NCBI RefSeq assembly: GCF_001949145.1
Contig: NW_019091404.1
Location: forward strand, 682,001-744,000
Reading direction: 5' to 3'
DNA from: Acanthaster planci
Taxonomy: Eukaryota
Length of the DNA: 62,000 nt
In this document: one piece after another, positions 12,501 to 27,472 of the stretch
Numbering within the stretch: position 1 is the stretch's first letter
Layout: every line of letters begins with the position of its first letter
The notes under the pieces: generated by a model
Databases searched by the model: none
What the model saw: the letters and a program-made list of their open reading frames with translations, nothing else
What the model was told of the DNA's origin: nothing
Position numbers and translations under genes: made by a program

Positions 12501-15500
12501 TCTTATATATAGCTTACACCTCTAAGTGCCCTCTGGGGACTAGCGGCAGACAAATTTTGCTTTACCGAGTGATGAGAATCAACCTCTTTTTTAACCAAAA
12601 TTATCGAATCATTTGCTTCAAAGAATACATGGCTTTGTTCATTTACACACGTACAATGTACATGTAAGAGAAAGAAGTCCATCGACAAATGCTTCGTAAA
12701 TTAACATCCAATTTTGTCTCTGAATGCGTCCACTGTACAAGTACCTTGAGGTAACATGTCTCTGACAGAACATTCATTACACTCCTTAGAGGAAAGACAG
12801 GAAAATGCACAGGCATATTCAATGGAAGATTTGGAACAAGTAGCCCGGGGGGTCCTTGCTGTACTTATTCATGGCATTGCCTTAATTCCAAGAACTCAGA
12901 AAAGCCAAATGAACAGAGTGGCACAAGTCTCACCAATCAGCTTTCTGCAAACCTGGCCTCTATTTCCCATCTCTTTTTTATCTGCGCGCACAGGAAAAAT
13001 TTTAGGGAGAGCACTTTTTTTCCAAAACCAGATTACCGGTAACCATCCCCTGCGAGGATGCTTGGAAGTATACACTGGTGCACAATGCATAGTGCACTAT
13101 GTTGCACAATGACACACGATGCGTTTGACACCAGATCTACACACTCAGGAAATTAGAGCAAAAAAATACAGGCTTGAGATTCTTATTCTTCTTATTTCTG
13201 ACCCTTTGCCTTAAATCTTGATTCAGTAATTACCGACCTGACCTATAACCTACCGGTATTTACTAACATCTAACTTTTTTACCGGTTTCAGTTCTACTTT
13301 TACATGTATTTTCTCCTTTTTTTTCTCTTGTTACAAAAAATGCGAGTACATTAACATCACAAAAAAATTATTCTGCTGATTTATTACTTTTTGGTAAATC
13401 TTTTTCAATTACCTTTTATCTACATAATTACTGGCCTGCATAGATTGCTGAAGATAATCATTGATAAAAAAGAGCTTTTTCTCACTGCAACTTTGAGGAG
13501 TGAATTGAAGTATGAAGAAAGCTTGACCAATCCCGATCTAGGCTTTCTACAGATTAACAAGGTCTTAACTGAGAGTACCCTATTACTTCATTCCACATGC
13601 ACAGATCTGACAAAATGGGACAGAAATTAACAAAGGCTGTCATTTTTTTTTAAGTTTCACGGTTACTGCTATTTCAATAATTACTGATGTGACTTCAACA
13701 TCCATTTCAAAAGAAATGAAAGCGTTCTCAGGATTAAGAATTGCAAGCCTTCATTTTCACTTCTATGTAGCCCAACTCAAAATGTAAAGGCAGTTTATTG
13801 AGTGCTTTACATGTTTGCAAAGTTGATAAACGTACACTTCAAACAGCTACAACTTGTCAAGAGAATATCTAACTAAATTGCAGCAAACAGTATTGTAAGG
13901 AGGAGGTTTTTCCATTCTCATTCATCATACTAGCAAATGCTCATTTCAACCTCTGTCCACATATGTAGCATCTTGCCTGAACCCCTCACATGTCTGATCT
14001 GAGCACAGAGGTACAAAATGCCAACTCAGACTTTCACAGTTGGACAAGCAGTGGCTTCTGAACTCATAATTCTGTTGAGAAAATTGCTCATCAGTGGCCA
14101 TCCATTGGAGCATTAATCACGGCCGTGCACTCCTTGATCTCTTCACTTCCCCTGCGCAGGTACGCGGAGGAGGCAAGGATGGAAGCTACTACAGGGGTCT
14201 GTCAGCCTGAAATTGCTCTGACATCCTCGCGGGGACAAAGCAGGATGAGTGGGTGTTGTAAAAGGTCAACTGTCAATTAGGGAGGGCTTTGCGAACAATG
14301 GAGGTTTCAATATGGGATCGGGGCACATCCCTGTCCTGATCAGTCATTTCTGAGGAATTTCTTTTCACCTGTACTTGGAAGAGGTGAAAGTGAGACAACT
14401 GTAACAGGGCAAGGTGAGTGGGAATGAGAAGTAGGTCGCCAACACTAGCCAAACAGCTACGGCGCATTAAAGGTCTTGGAAATGTAAACATCAGAAATGT
14501 CTCGGGCAGTTCATGTGGGCTGGGTGTTGAATGCATAATTCACATCATGAGACAGATCAAACACTTCTCTGTGCTGCACAATTTAAAACCTCTGCAGTTG
14601 GTCATTTTGTCACAAATAACTCATTTTTCTCTAGAATTATGCAAATGTATGTCCCAACAGCTGAAAAAAAATCTAACCACGAAATTACAGTGCAGAAGGA
14701 AAACAGAAAAATGGAACCATTGAAGCTGGTCACATTTTGGAATTGGAATTTAATGTCACAGAACATCCAGGTACAGAGACTAATTGCACGTATACCTTCA
14801 CAAGCAATTTTCTGTCCCTAAAAGTCACATCATTGCGACTGATGTTACACCATACGCACATTTAACACAAGAAGCAAAAACGAGTGCGATGGTACAAACT
14901 GATCGCAGCTCGTGTCAGACTGTGCTCTGTCCCATGAAAGATTCCTGGCTACTGGCAAAGAGTGGTATGAGTGGAAATACAAGGTGTGCTTACACCATGC
15001 TCTTTGGCTATTGGTGCCAAGAGGGAAAAGATGTCTTGGGGAATGATAGATAATCCCTGTGACATGCTCGACATACTTGCTGCATAAGTGCTCGCATACT
15101 GCCCCAAGGCAGCCCAAAGCACAGTGTGAAACCTTCTCGGCTCCTTTCATTATGGCCAATGCAACTAGCGTTGGGTTTCAGCGCAATCCTCAATGAGTCA
15201 GAATGTGTTTAATTTCCCCCGTTGCTTTGACGGTTCTCGCCTGGGATGGCTTCTCCATTTGTATTGGCCGCACTAAGATGACGCTCTGCCCCTGAAGTCA
15301 CATCACTGCTTCGAATGTAATGCCAGATGTGCACGTTTACACATGTACCAAAAGAGAACAATGGTACATGCTGGGCTCTTTTTTTGTCAAATGATCAACT
15401 GTCATTAAAAAAGTTAAACATCAAAAGAACTTTTTATGACAAATACGTCACTGATATGGCAGAAACACTGAACTTGACTCTCATCACACAGTCAAGTTTT

Positions 15501-18500
15501 TGTTGAGGATGAATCAGAGAGCCTCCTTCTAGGTTTTAATTCATGCTAGTGGGCTGTTTTTCATGCATATTTCCTGGAAAGAAATAAAAAACAAACACCC
15601 ATCCTCATACATACATTCACGTGTAAAATCATGGATTTGACTCAAAGACTCAAATGTGCAACAGGTATTTGCAGATGGCAGGTAACACAGGTTTGTAAGC
15701 AAAATGAAAAAATGCTTCCTGATTTGTTCAAAGCTTAGAAAAATCATTTGCAACATTCTAGAAATATCAGACAAGGAAGTCCCGAACACTTTCACAGAAA
15801 TCTATTTCCTGGATTACACAAGTCCCCCACAAAAGTATTATATTCTGCAGCAGAATGCATGTAGGCAAATTCCTCAGCAACTAATGCTACAAGTCACATA
15901 CTGGATATCTCTTCAAGCCTTTCGATTCAAAATATATCTGTATCAAAGTCTCCCACAACGGGAAATTTGTCATGCATGATAGAGTTTACTGAAGCCAAAG
16001 CTTTCTCCAAATGACTAAAGATATTTATATTTTTAACCCGCCCATAAACAAATATGCAAAGCCTGTTTATGTGTAAAACTGACATGGATTTGATTTCTAA
16101 TCAAAATGCTGAACAACATGAAGTGTACCAGCAACAATCAATTAAAGCCCTCCTAACCAAAGATGCATACTTGACAAAGTTGTCCCATCAGTCAAATGAC
16201 CCGTGTGTCTGTGTACGACGGCAAATCAAGCGGAAGGAACTTTTGACTGTCTGTGACCGGTGCAGCAAAACAGAGCATTCTAAACATCACAAAACAGAGC
16301 ATCTTGTGATTAATTAAAGATCTTATAACATTAACATTCCTGCTGCTCATCCTATATGATTAGATTTGCATGAAGAGAAATTAACTACAAACCACCTGAA
16401 CCATTTTACAAATGTCCTAAAAAAAATCTTCAGCTTCACAACACCTTCCACTGGGATTCTGTCACAGTACCGCCCTTCCAATGCAAACCTGTTCTAGCGC
16501 ACATCATATTCAGGAAATACACCAAGCGTACAGGTGACTGGAATTTCAACCACTGTGCTGTTCTCTATGACAAGTAAGGTTCTCTAAGGAATCCAAGTCA
16601 ATAGAGGGAGCACTCACAAAATCTAAGATGCCCCAGTGATGCCGATGAGACTCATCTCCTGCTGACATTATTTTTTTGTGACACAAGAGGGCTCACTTCA
16701 GAAAGCAGGCCAGTCACAAGCAGCACATACACACATGCCCGATCATTTAATTACTCATCAGAGGTGCGTGGCTTTCATGAATTGGTTGGTACCACATTGT
16801 ATGGAGAAGACTCTCACTATTAGGCAAATGATCAGATGCGGGGACTTTGATACCTCTTCGATGTTCCCAGTCCCTGCAATAATTATCATATGATTTGTGC
16901 ATGGTCCCAACAGTTTATGTCACAACTTGTGTTCATTTGAACCTGGGGAGGGTGTTAGAAATTCCTTTGTAGGAAAATCAAACATGATAAAACCACACTA
17001 CAAGAGATTGATCGAGTAATCACTGCTTCATTTTTTTCCTTTGTTTTGCTTTACCTTTTCATAATACAGGGAGTGCAAATGTATTTAGCAAAATTCTCCA
17101 ATAAGCCATATTTAAGTTGAAAAATTATCTGTGATATAATGGAGGAAAGTATTGTACGACAAATGTAGAATGCCCATGACAGAATGAAAGATGGTCACTC
17201 AAATAAATTTGCATAACGGCATTTAACTGAGGTTTTGAAGTATCTCAAAATTGGGTGATTGAATCCACAAATGTCAAGTCCCATGAACAGGAAGTTGCTG
17301 GAGCAGACTTGCAGGGATACAATATAAGTTGTGTAGGTCTAATAACATGCAGCACTCATGAAAAAATATAAAGGATTTTCAGAAATCCCTTGAATTAATT
17401 GCTATTCCTGATGCTTCAGGACAACAGTAAAATATCAGGTGTTAAGGATGACACCTTTGGTCATCAATGGGTCTCATGACATCAATGAAATTCATTTTCA
17501 GTACATACTTTGCTGAGGCAGTATTCTTATGTTATTAAACTTATTATTAAAACCTCTTTGAAAATCTGACGAAACCTTAAGAACAATTAAAGATCTTTTG
17601 TCAGAAACCTTTAAAAATGAAAACACTCTGACCCAATGTTACACCAATCTGATGGTCCCTCATTCCCATGGTAAGAATAAGGGAACAAGTGAAGGGTTTC
17701 AATCCAAAATGAGACATACAACATGCAAATATTGAGCAATGTTTCCAGAGTTGAATGCTTAAGATTGATTCACTGAGTTGTTTTTTACAAAGTAAAAGCA
17801 CTAGAAACTGGCTTGAGGCGATCATGAGATGAAATTCAGAGAAGGACCAAAATGGCGCTAATCTCGTTTTTGGAAACAAAGTTCAAGAATTCTTTGAAAG
17901 ATGTGCCAACATTTCATATCGTAAATAAAACAATGTTCAAGACAAAGAGGTGCTGATTAGAACTTAGAAAGTTGGCGGTCTACCTTGGTCTCTTCTTTGG
18001 TGTACACATCAGAGCAGAAGCCCAGGCGAAATCCATGGCTTTCAGGAAACCGCTATTTCTGTAGACTGTTCGTCCAAAAAACTGGTGCCCCGGTCCAAAT
18101 GACTGACTTGAGGAGGCCGACTAGAGATCCTGAGATCCTTGAGTTGATTTATGTATTTGGCTCTCAACCATCACCTTTGGAGGGGTATTTTTTGTACAAA
18201 GCAGCTTAAAACATACGGCTGATGTAACAATCGACTGTGAGTCTCTAAAACTATTGGCAAAATCTGGCACAGTCACAAAGCTGAGCAAGACTGCTGATGC
18301 CTCTGAAGTTGAGGTTCTTCTCCATTTCAAATGCCTCGGCGGCAAAGGCAGTGAAAGTATCGTCAGTCCTCCCAAGATGCTATTCAAGGGACATCTCCAC
18401 AATGCTACATGTTCCTCACAGCTACTGCTCTAGTACCATCAAATGGCATCTCCAGTTGGATGCAAACTCAAACAGGGCAAAAAAAAAATGGACATCTGGT

Positions 18501-19555
18501 CAACAAAGTTTCTACCCAGATGCTCTTCTTTCCGTCAAAGCTTGCCTTCTTCCACACAAACACGAATGACTATTACGTCCAAGAAATTATCCAAGACCAG
18601 TCGACCACTTATATTTTTAAAAAAATGCATCCAAAACAAAAGGGGCTGGCACTTCCCGGCAATCTTGACAACCACTGCATCCAGGAAATCCGGAGTTGCC
18701 TCCAACGCACACACAGATCGTTCGCCTCAATCCAACATCATTTGAATTTTAAAACCACACACAGACCGCTTTTCTCTTCGCCATCGACAATTCCTCTACA
18801 TCACGGGAAATGCCGCAAACCTCCTCAGATGGTTCGGCTCAATCTTACGAGGACAGAAAAAAAACCCAAAGCTGCTTGCATCCAAGCCTTGCATGACAGC
18901 CACTGACAAGTCTGGGCAATATGCAAAGTGGCAAACGATGTTCCCTTCTTTCCCTCTGTGGTTCTCATTCAGGCGAAGGAGAAGGTTAGACAAAGATAAA
19001 CCAAGGAATTAAGCATTCACAGACATGATTCCCTCTTGCTGGCCCTCAATACTGGATAGCTGCGGGGGGGGGATGTGCTGCAAGTAATGTTACACCACAT
19101 CACTACCAGTTCTCCCCCACCCCCACAAAACAGAAATAAAGGATAACGTATCCCGGTACTTTATTGATCCACGTGCATCACTGCATATTAGGACAGAACG
19201 GGCGATGATGACAAAATGTTACGTGGTCATGATCTGGGAAGATATAAATGGAACTTAGCGTCGATCTTTTCTGCGGCTACTGACTGCTCCCTTCTCAAGG
19301 ATCTTCAGCGGGCTGATGCACTATGAGCTGGCCCTTTCAGGCACCAACTGCAATTACTCATCCTGGGGGAATGACACTTATCTCTCAAGCAAACTTTTCA
19401 AGAGGAACCACAACCCATACCGGAAATGAGAAGCTGAAAAACAGGTCATGCATAATTGGATGCCAGCACTTCAATGCTCTTTTTGTGGCCTTCTGTCCAT
19501 CATGGAATGGGAATTTTCTTGAAAATCATAGGCGATGCATGCACAGAATGTGCAC

Positions 19556-20113
19556 CAGTGTCGTAATACTCGTAATTGGTACTCTTACTCGAGTACTACT
19601 CAGCAAATTTTGTACTTAAGCAGCTCTGTGAAATTGGGCCATGCATCAACGGCATTTGCTTATTCTTGATGCTTTAATATTTTATTTCTGAGTCAATGCT
19701 TTTGATGTTGTTGGTGCATCAGAACTGATGATCTTTCTCTTGCCGTATAAATGTTGTACGTCTGTGTTTTGCCAAGGAGCCTAAAATACATGTACACAGT
19801 TTGGGGACTAAATGTAATCTGCAACTTTACCTAAACATACTGATTTGGGCATGTTATGGCAGATTTTAATAAAACCAATCAGCTGCAGCAAAGGTTGTAG
19901 ATCTGTTGTTCATATTCATTTAAACATTTTGACAAATTTGACTACTTCCCAGACTTGTACTCATAATTAGAAGTACTCATACCCAGAGGTACAAGACTCG
20001 TACTTGAAAATCAGTTCTTGTACTCAGCTGGTAAAAGTACTCGGACTTTCAGGTACTCAGAAATTTAAGTACTCGGCAGTACTCTTTACTCAGAAAAAAG
20101 TACTCAAACACTG
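19556..20113. mobile_element. Non-autonomous hAT-like DNA transposon with GTACTC subterminal repeats
   Basis: Termini CAGTGT...ACACTG. Flanks ATGTGCAC / GTGTGCAG match at 6/8 (degenerate 8-bp TSD). Clusters of (G)TACTC at both ends (19566-19601 and ~19955-20105). CAG termini, 8-bp TSD and subterminal repeats are hAT hallmarks. Confidence 0.7.
19601..19640. mobile_element. Solo terminal fragment of the MITE family at 60282-60500, nested in the hAT-like element
   Basis: CAAATTTTGTACTTAAGCAGCTCTGTGAAATTGGGCC matches CAAATTTTTGCTTAAGCAGGGCTATGAAATTGGCCC at ~60465-60500. Confidence 0.65.
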
Positions 20114-23100
20114 GTGTGCAGTTCTGACAGCATTTGTCGTTTGTTTCTGTTTATATTTTGCCACTTAATGTCATTCCACAAATTCTGTAAACAGCCTAAT
20201 TTTGTCCCACTGGCATAATAGCAAAGTTCGCAATAGTCATCAAAGGGCACAGATTGTTCACTGATGGCATTATCAACCTCACCTTGCCTCTCCCACGCTG
20301 AGTGCCAGGAAGGACAGCAACCCCCCCCTACCATCCCTTCCTCCACACTCCATCAAATCCAACTGGTCCCATCTCTTGATTTGGGTGGAGGCAAGAGCTA
20401 TGCCACTGTCTTGTCAAAAACCCAAGGCACAGCGTTCTGCGAGGTCAGATGATTAAAGCTTCCCAGAATTTTCATTAACCTCAGACACGATCGCTGCGTG
20501 TGTAGCATTTGCATGCTTTTCAACTGGCGTGGTCATGGTAGGTGTTCATGCTGAAAAGTTGGAATGACAGGTTGTGTTCCTGTGAACGGTTCATTTCATA
20601 GAAGGCCTGATCTCCATTTAAGTTGAATCCTCCTCTGAATCATCTCCTCAGGAGACAAGATGAGAATGAGTTTAGGTGAACAAGGAAAGCCATTAACAAG
20701 CTACATGTAGACATATGTTGCCACATACAGGTGTCAACCCCATGTTCCAATAGTTGTAATTACAAATTTAATCCCAATTTCGGGGTCGGAACTTGCGTCA
20801 AGATGCTGTTAACCTCATCAAGACATGCCATCAAAAAGCTCTCTCGGCCCACAGGGTTGAATGAGGCAACTTGTAAATCAGCAAAAACATCTGAAAGGTG
20901 ATCGCTGGACAATGGGGCAGTTACATGTACTCATTGGATTGATATGGACAGGGGTAACAGATATGTTAAGGTTATGAGCAAAGCAAGATAGAGATTAGGC
21001 TTACAGATTGTGAAATTTGTGAGTGGCCAAAATTAAGATTTTTATGTATTATGTACATATTGTGTCCCAACCCACTCTATCCAAATTTGATATTAACAGA
21101 ATAATTATTTCTCAGCGCAATTCATTTTTTAATTGAACCCTTCCCTCAAAAATTAAAAACGAAATGGCTACTCCAAAAACATTTTGATTCCATGTCAGCA
21201 GAATGCTTCCCCGAGTACTCCTGTTCTGTAACCTCACAGCATTTAAATCATCTAGCTGCACTGCTGTTACAAGGTGACATATGCCATCACGTCACATGTA
21301 CACAAGATTCCCCCCCTTGAAGATTGCCCTCCTGATGATAGCCAGTGTCTCCTCCATTAATCACAGCCAACTCCCTAGTCACACTGTTTTTATTTTACAC
21401 CGATGGTTTATCAAGTCCTTGGAGCCCCACACATTGCAGCGCTTAACTCTGCAAACACAAAGATGAGCAATGATGGCAAGACATTAAATGCAGAGTCCAT
21501 GACTAAATCACAATATGTATTCTAAATTATATGTTCAGCTCCACAGGCTGGACCGTTGTACTGTGAGAAAGATACTCGTTCTGGCAGAAAGAAAACTGCC
21601 ACAGAAAATTTGGAACAGCGTTTGAAATTTTGATGAGATATTGTAAAATGATTTCTAAAGAATTTCTGAAATCACTCTGGACATGTGCAGGTATTTGCTT
21701 TAGTTTTGTTTGTTTTGTTTTTTCAATTTTTTTCAATATGAGATGTTGGAATCTGCAAGTCATAGCAGTGCTAATTCTAATTCATCTTCACAAATCAAGA
21801 ATTTTTCATGTCGCTCACTGAGTTGACGACCACCAGAAATTCAGCATCATGAAGACACGCAGCCCATCTGAATATGTCTTATTTTCTATGACACTGGAAG
21901 GCTTGTCAAATGCAGCTAACACCTGTACCCTACAAGCAGGTGGCAATCTTGAAATGTCCTCCCCAGAGATTGTGAACTATGAAACCTACCTCACATCCTG
22001 AAGACACAGCTACCCCAAATGCATGGTAAAAATATAGATACATGTAAAAATGTGGGTGTGCTTTAAGCTGTGTATCTAGTTCCGAACAGTAATTTCGTGC
22101 TACAAATACAAATCAAACTACAGAATAGAAATACATCCTTTCCGATGTAAACAACCCATACCCCGCCTTTCTCATGTACGAGGGAGGGAGACAGGCAAGA
22201 GGATATGCATCAAACAAAAAGACACTAATCGAGACGAGACTATGCATTTGCTGAACTTTCATTTTCATTTCCTATGCACGACATAATGCTTATTACGTGC
22301 CATCTCTGATTCCCTAGCAGGTGCTTCTGCATGTAACTTCATATCACAAAGCAATAACCTCTGAGGATTCAGCATTGCACTTTGGTCATGAAAGAAATCG
22401 ACAGGAAGAAATTCTCTTTTATGTAAGAGATGAGGGGGGAAAAAAGCCACCTCGGGGCAATTTATGCCTAAATGACTAACCATGATCACGAAGAAGATAT
22501 CGAATATCCTTTGATCCCAGGGCTTTGGGTAAATGAGCCATCATGCACAGCTAATAACAGAATGGGCCAAGATGTTTGCTTAATAAGGAAGGCTATTTTA
22601 CGAAGGCATGCTCAGGATACATGAAGTGTACCATTTTAGGAATAAGGAACCCCTTCTTTTATGTCACAGTTCCACTTCTTGGAGCAAAAATGCCAGTATT
22701 TGGTAGCACTGGAAGAAATTATGTCAGATGAGAATGATAAAAATTGTAAAAGAAGGTTCAATTTTGCCATTGTAAATAGGGTACTCTCACTTTCTTTTCA
22801 TTAGTTAGATGACATCACTTTTACTGATTCTCAGAAAAGCTTTGTTTTGCCACAGGGATTGAACTTACGAGTCCCAAGTTTATGGACTGAATAAACCTAA
22901 AACATATAATTTAAAATTACATGAAATCTGATCCTTTTAAGAGAAGACCACAAAAATTTTCGGAATATGTGGACACTAGACTGCAACTATACGTATTGAG
23001 TGATATCGTTTTTAATACTCAGCCAACTTTGACCCTAGTCCCCAAAGTCATTTTTCTGCAAAGCCTCCATCCTGCAGACAATTTTTGAGAAAAACATGTG

Positions 23101-26100
23101 CAGTACATTAATTAAAGAGACATTCTTAGAATCTGTACAAAACTGGAAAGCCAGGCCTTTTTGCGGTTAGTTGACCCTGTCAGAATAAAAAGAAAAGCAG
23201 AGCAGGATGTTGGATTGAGAGATAATTTGGGTCATTCATGTAAGTGGCAGTTCAGGTAATAAATGCTTTCAAATGATTTCCACATGGCTTTCCCAAAAAG
23301 CAGAAATAATACAGAAGAGAGCAAACATAAGTGCACAAGTCAGAATGGCAACTGGAGATATTCAGGACCACCAAGATTGGCATTTTTATTCATTCTCCAC
23401 ACTGAAGCAGAAAAAAGCCAACTTATGCTCTTCAGTCGGTCAATTTTTCTGCCTTCCGTGGGGACCTCTTCCAGCATGATTACGATTTCCCGAGAGGACA
23501 TCTTGACTATCCAATAAGAGTTTTATTTTGACAGCCTCCATTGCCATGGCAACCACCTGATTGGAATCTCACCAGAGCTAATCAGATGGAGTGGGCGCTC
23601 ACTAAAGCGTTAACAATTAGCAGACCAGAGGAAACAAAAGACCTGGTCTGTGGACTTGTGGCAAAATGCACCCAGAGAGCATTTACGTTAAAGGCACCCG
23701 CCGGCATTTTTAGCTGATTTCAAGACCTCTTAAAAGCAGTGACAGAAACCTAGGTGTGCCAACACACACTGAGACTGGCTTCTCATGAAATTGTATCCAG
23801 CAGACTTGTTCAGTGGAATACATAAAGACATCTCTCCCTTTAAATGTGCAGTGGGCTATTTTCTTTGTAGGGAATGCTGGCACTGCCGACACATACTTGC
23901 TGTGGCCTTTAACTGCTGCCGCCATAATCCACTACTATATCCAACAGGTTTCCAGACCAAGCCACCAGTTCCAATATGATTAAGTGGCTGAGGAACACAA
24001 AATTAAATTACCTTGCCACAGGGGAAGAATCCTGAAGGTGCGAGAAATAAAGTAACCTACCTTGACGAGAACTTTAATACAATTTTTAAAGCCAGCTTTA
24101 CCACATTTAAAGAGTTACAGTACGACATTTTTAAAATTGACATTTTTTCACTGTATTTTGCATAATAATAGTACTGCAGCATTAGGTATACTTTGTGTTA
24201 ATTGAGAAAATGGTAATTATAACCTATGATCAAGCTATAAATCATGCAAACAGGAACAAGCAACTATCATTAACTTGTCTAAACTCACTTCCTAAATTCA
24301 CTGTCCTGTGACAATACAGCGCACATTCATACATGAACAAGGAATATGAACTTGTACAAATATATCAAAATGAGTCTTTTTTCCCTTCTTCACTCATACA
24401 CCGCCAGGAAGTGGAACAAGGAAATTCTACTCCAGGCAAACTAGCAGTGAATGTCCTGATAAATCTGGAATGTTGCATTGACTGGGTGGACTTACCAGTG
24501 TAGAGAGTTTACATGTACCCTTCATTCCTGTGATTTCCCAGATTTGTATTCTTTCAAATATCTGAACAATTCCAAATGAGCTGATCACACTTACTATTAG
24601 GCTGAGGGACAGAACTAAAGAATGGACCCAAGCAAAGGCAAACCAAGGCTTTACCTTCCCCCCCCCAAAAAAAGAGGCTCCTTACAGAGCAGTAAATTAA
24701 TTACAGTGAAAGACACATATTAATTAGGTTACAGAATCATACTCTTTTAATTAAGACAGCGATGTTGCTTCTAACAGACATCCTTGTGAGCAGCAACAAA
24801 GATTACTGGGCATTATGTCCAGACAATGCCTCGCTCAAATGACAAACCAATTCAATCATTGCGCTACAGTTTGTCCAGATATTTCAGTATTGCTGTTTAA
24901 TTTGCCGGCTGAAGGGCTATTGCGTAATGGCCCATTTGTCTCTCGTAATTAAGAAATTAAGCAATGAGATCATTGACATTCACTGGCATACAGCTAACAG
25001 TCCATACATACAGGAAGCCAGTTCTCCATGTCAGTCCTTAAGTATTAATAAGTCCCTAGTATTAATTAGCACTTAATCAACAGGTTTCTCAAACTGCTTT
25101 GGCAAAAAAATCCCGCTCTATGAGCCCTATGGAGGTCCTATTTTAAGCACAGCTTGTAACCATTGCTGTAAATGACCTACTGTAGGCATATTCAGCTGGA
25201 CAAACAATCACTGAAAACCAACAAACACAAACGAATTAGTCAGCTAGTTTTGATCAAAATACAGCAGGGCCCTATATAGCTGCGATTTACCCAATGTTGC
25301 AAAACTCAATAGTTTCGACCCCTAGTACAGTTTCAATCCAAACTTGCGATGCTGGAGTATGAGTCATCCCAAGTGCTCAGAGCTAGTAGTACCATTTGTG
25401 TCAGCCAAAAAAAAAAGAAGAAGAAAAATACTGATCAGATTTCACTTTCGGGCCAAGTGACGTCAATCAGACGTGACAAGCGCTGGCTGACAGGAACACT
25501 ATACCTGTCAAGTTTGGGGCTGGCTGCTAGAAACAGATTCCTCATACTGCGTGGCCTCACAACTGCAATTCAGAGTTCAATCCAAGGTCTCGGCTCATTT
25601 GGCCTGAGCAGGAATCTGAACGGGCAGACAATCAGAACTTGCTAGTTTCACTCGTCTCAAATTCTTGAGTTCTGACAAAGAGGTCGTGCCATCAACTTTC
25701 AGGTCTGATGGGTTGCAACTGTGCATCTATACAGTGCCACTGTTCTCCAATTCTAAAATTGTGTAGCAAACATATAAGCCTATACTGGCTGAGCATGATG
25801 GATATCTCTAAGCTCCTGTACGTAGAGGGAGCTACAATCCTGGACAAATCTCGTTGGAACATGCCTCCCCCCTCGCCCCCTGTCAATGTTGCTTCTCATC
25901 GGGTTAAGTTGGGTTGAATCTTGGTCCAATAAATGACCGCAACATTGAATGGGGCAGAGGGGGGATCTTTTCAATGTGCTTCCCACAAGATGTTCCAACT
26001 ATTTTGTCCAGGACTGTAGCTCTTCGATTTCAAGGAAAATCAAAATTTGATTGCTGCAACTGCAAAATGTTTCATCAAGAGGTGTAATAACCTAACCTTC

Positions 26101-27421
26101 GATTCTGAAATGCAACAGATTTGCACTTCAGTTTAGCTGAAGTTACGGCATCATCAGTGTATCTGCATCCATGATCAACTGTTTCCTTTCCTGCTATTTA
26201 GTTTTAACTATAGGATACAGTCCACTAATTCAAGCCCCATTGAAAACAGTGTAAAATCAGCACTGTTCAGGGCCCAATAACATGCACGCCAACATCCCTG
26301 AGATTTCTGAAACAATTAAATTCTTGTCTGGTCACTACTCTTTCAATTTCTTTTCAATTTTTGGTGGGTTAAGCAATTACATTTGTAATTATTCCCACAA
26401 AAGAAAATCACCCCCCGAAAAGTGATTTTTCCGAAGTCTGATTGCAGCCATGTTTCAAGTGGCAACCCTCAGCTTTCTCGGGCACTTACGACCATTTTTC
26501 AACCGTAGTTTTTAGCCATTCTGCTCTCATATGAAAGCTCAAAGACCCAGGGAGTTGATCCTGGCATTTTGGGGGCCAAACAATCTCCTTTTTTAAAAGA
26601 TACTGTGGGGGCACTTTTAATGCTAATGAGCTGGCCAGTAATTCTCATTTAAATTAGTGGACTGCACCTCTCACTGGTCAACAAATCAATCCAGGTCAAA
26701 TCAGCAGACCTTAGCTTACATGCCAGGAAGATTTTACTTCAAGAAGCCACACCCCAAGATATTACAAAGATTCATCATTATAGCCCCTTGCTGGAACACA
26801 CACATATAGTTAGCTGTCTTTAAGGATGCTGCAAGCTAAATTCCTTATGATCGCATCAGCCACCCCCAGGGCAGGTAACTTGTCACCAACTGGCAGGCTC
26901 GGATCGATTCCAATCACAGCCATCTCTTTGTCAGTGTCTTTACCTGCTCATCAAAGTGCTACCCCCTGACCTCTGAAACAGCGCCAGTCTTTGCAATCTG
27001 AGATTTATCCTGTGAACGCCCAAGCCCACTACATGTGAATCTTGAGTGAGATTTAAAGCTGAATCTACTAAGCCACTTTCATTTCAAACTGATGCCACAC
27101 AACCATGGTTGCCCATAAATCAAGTCTTAAAAGAACACAGCTATACCTCAGATATGCTCATGGGGTGCCGAGAAACCTGGTCAGCACAGGATATAGTTGC
27201 TGAGCAAAAACAGGTTACTGACCTAAGTGTCATTGTGTAATGTATACATCTTGTGACTGGTTCCAAGGTGATTTTGATTTGGCTCTGCACACTTAACTGG
27301 ATCCCTGAGCAGCTCTGAGAATTTGAACCCCTTGGTATGGTGTTTTAGAAGCTTCTCCTGGATACTGCTCGCCTATCATGACAGCATACACAATTGGACA
27401 AATCAAATGCATGTTCATTAA

Positions 27422-27472
27422 CCCTAACACTCCTCAGTCCTCCAACAGGTGAAGGATTGAGGAGGGTTAGGG
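27422..27472. mobile_element. 51-bp piggyBac-type miniature element
   Basis: TTAA|CCCTAACACTCCTCAGTCCT...AGGATTGAGGAGGGTTAGGG|TTAA: TTAA on both sides, CCC/GGG termini, 20-bp TIR with 2 mismatches. Confidence 0.7.

Noticed and set aside
14405..14420. Strong plus-strand donor AAG|GTGAGT
   Set aside because: No convincing upstream acceptor or start codon; expected by chance.
18409..18906. Longest ORF (165 aa)
   Set aside because: No recognisable domain, overlapping ORFs in other frames, homopolymer A runs; length is compatible with chance in 62 kb.
24497..24562. 66-nt open minus-strand exon candidate with CTG|GTAAGT donor
   Set aside because: Weak acceptor, and it contains a TACATGTA, which elsewhere marks apparently neutral DNA.
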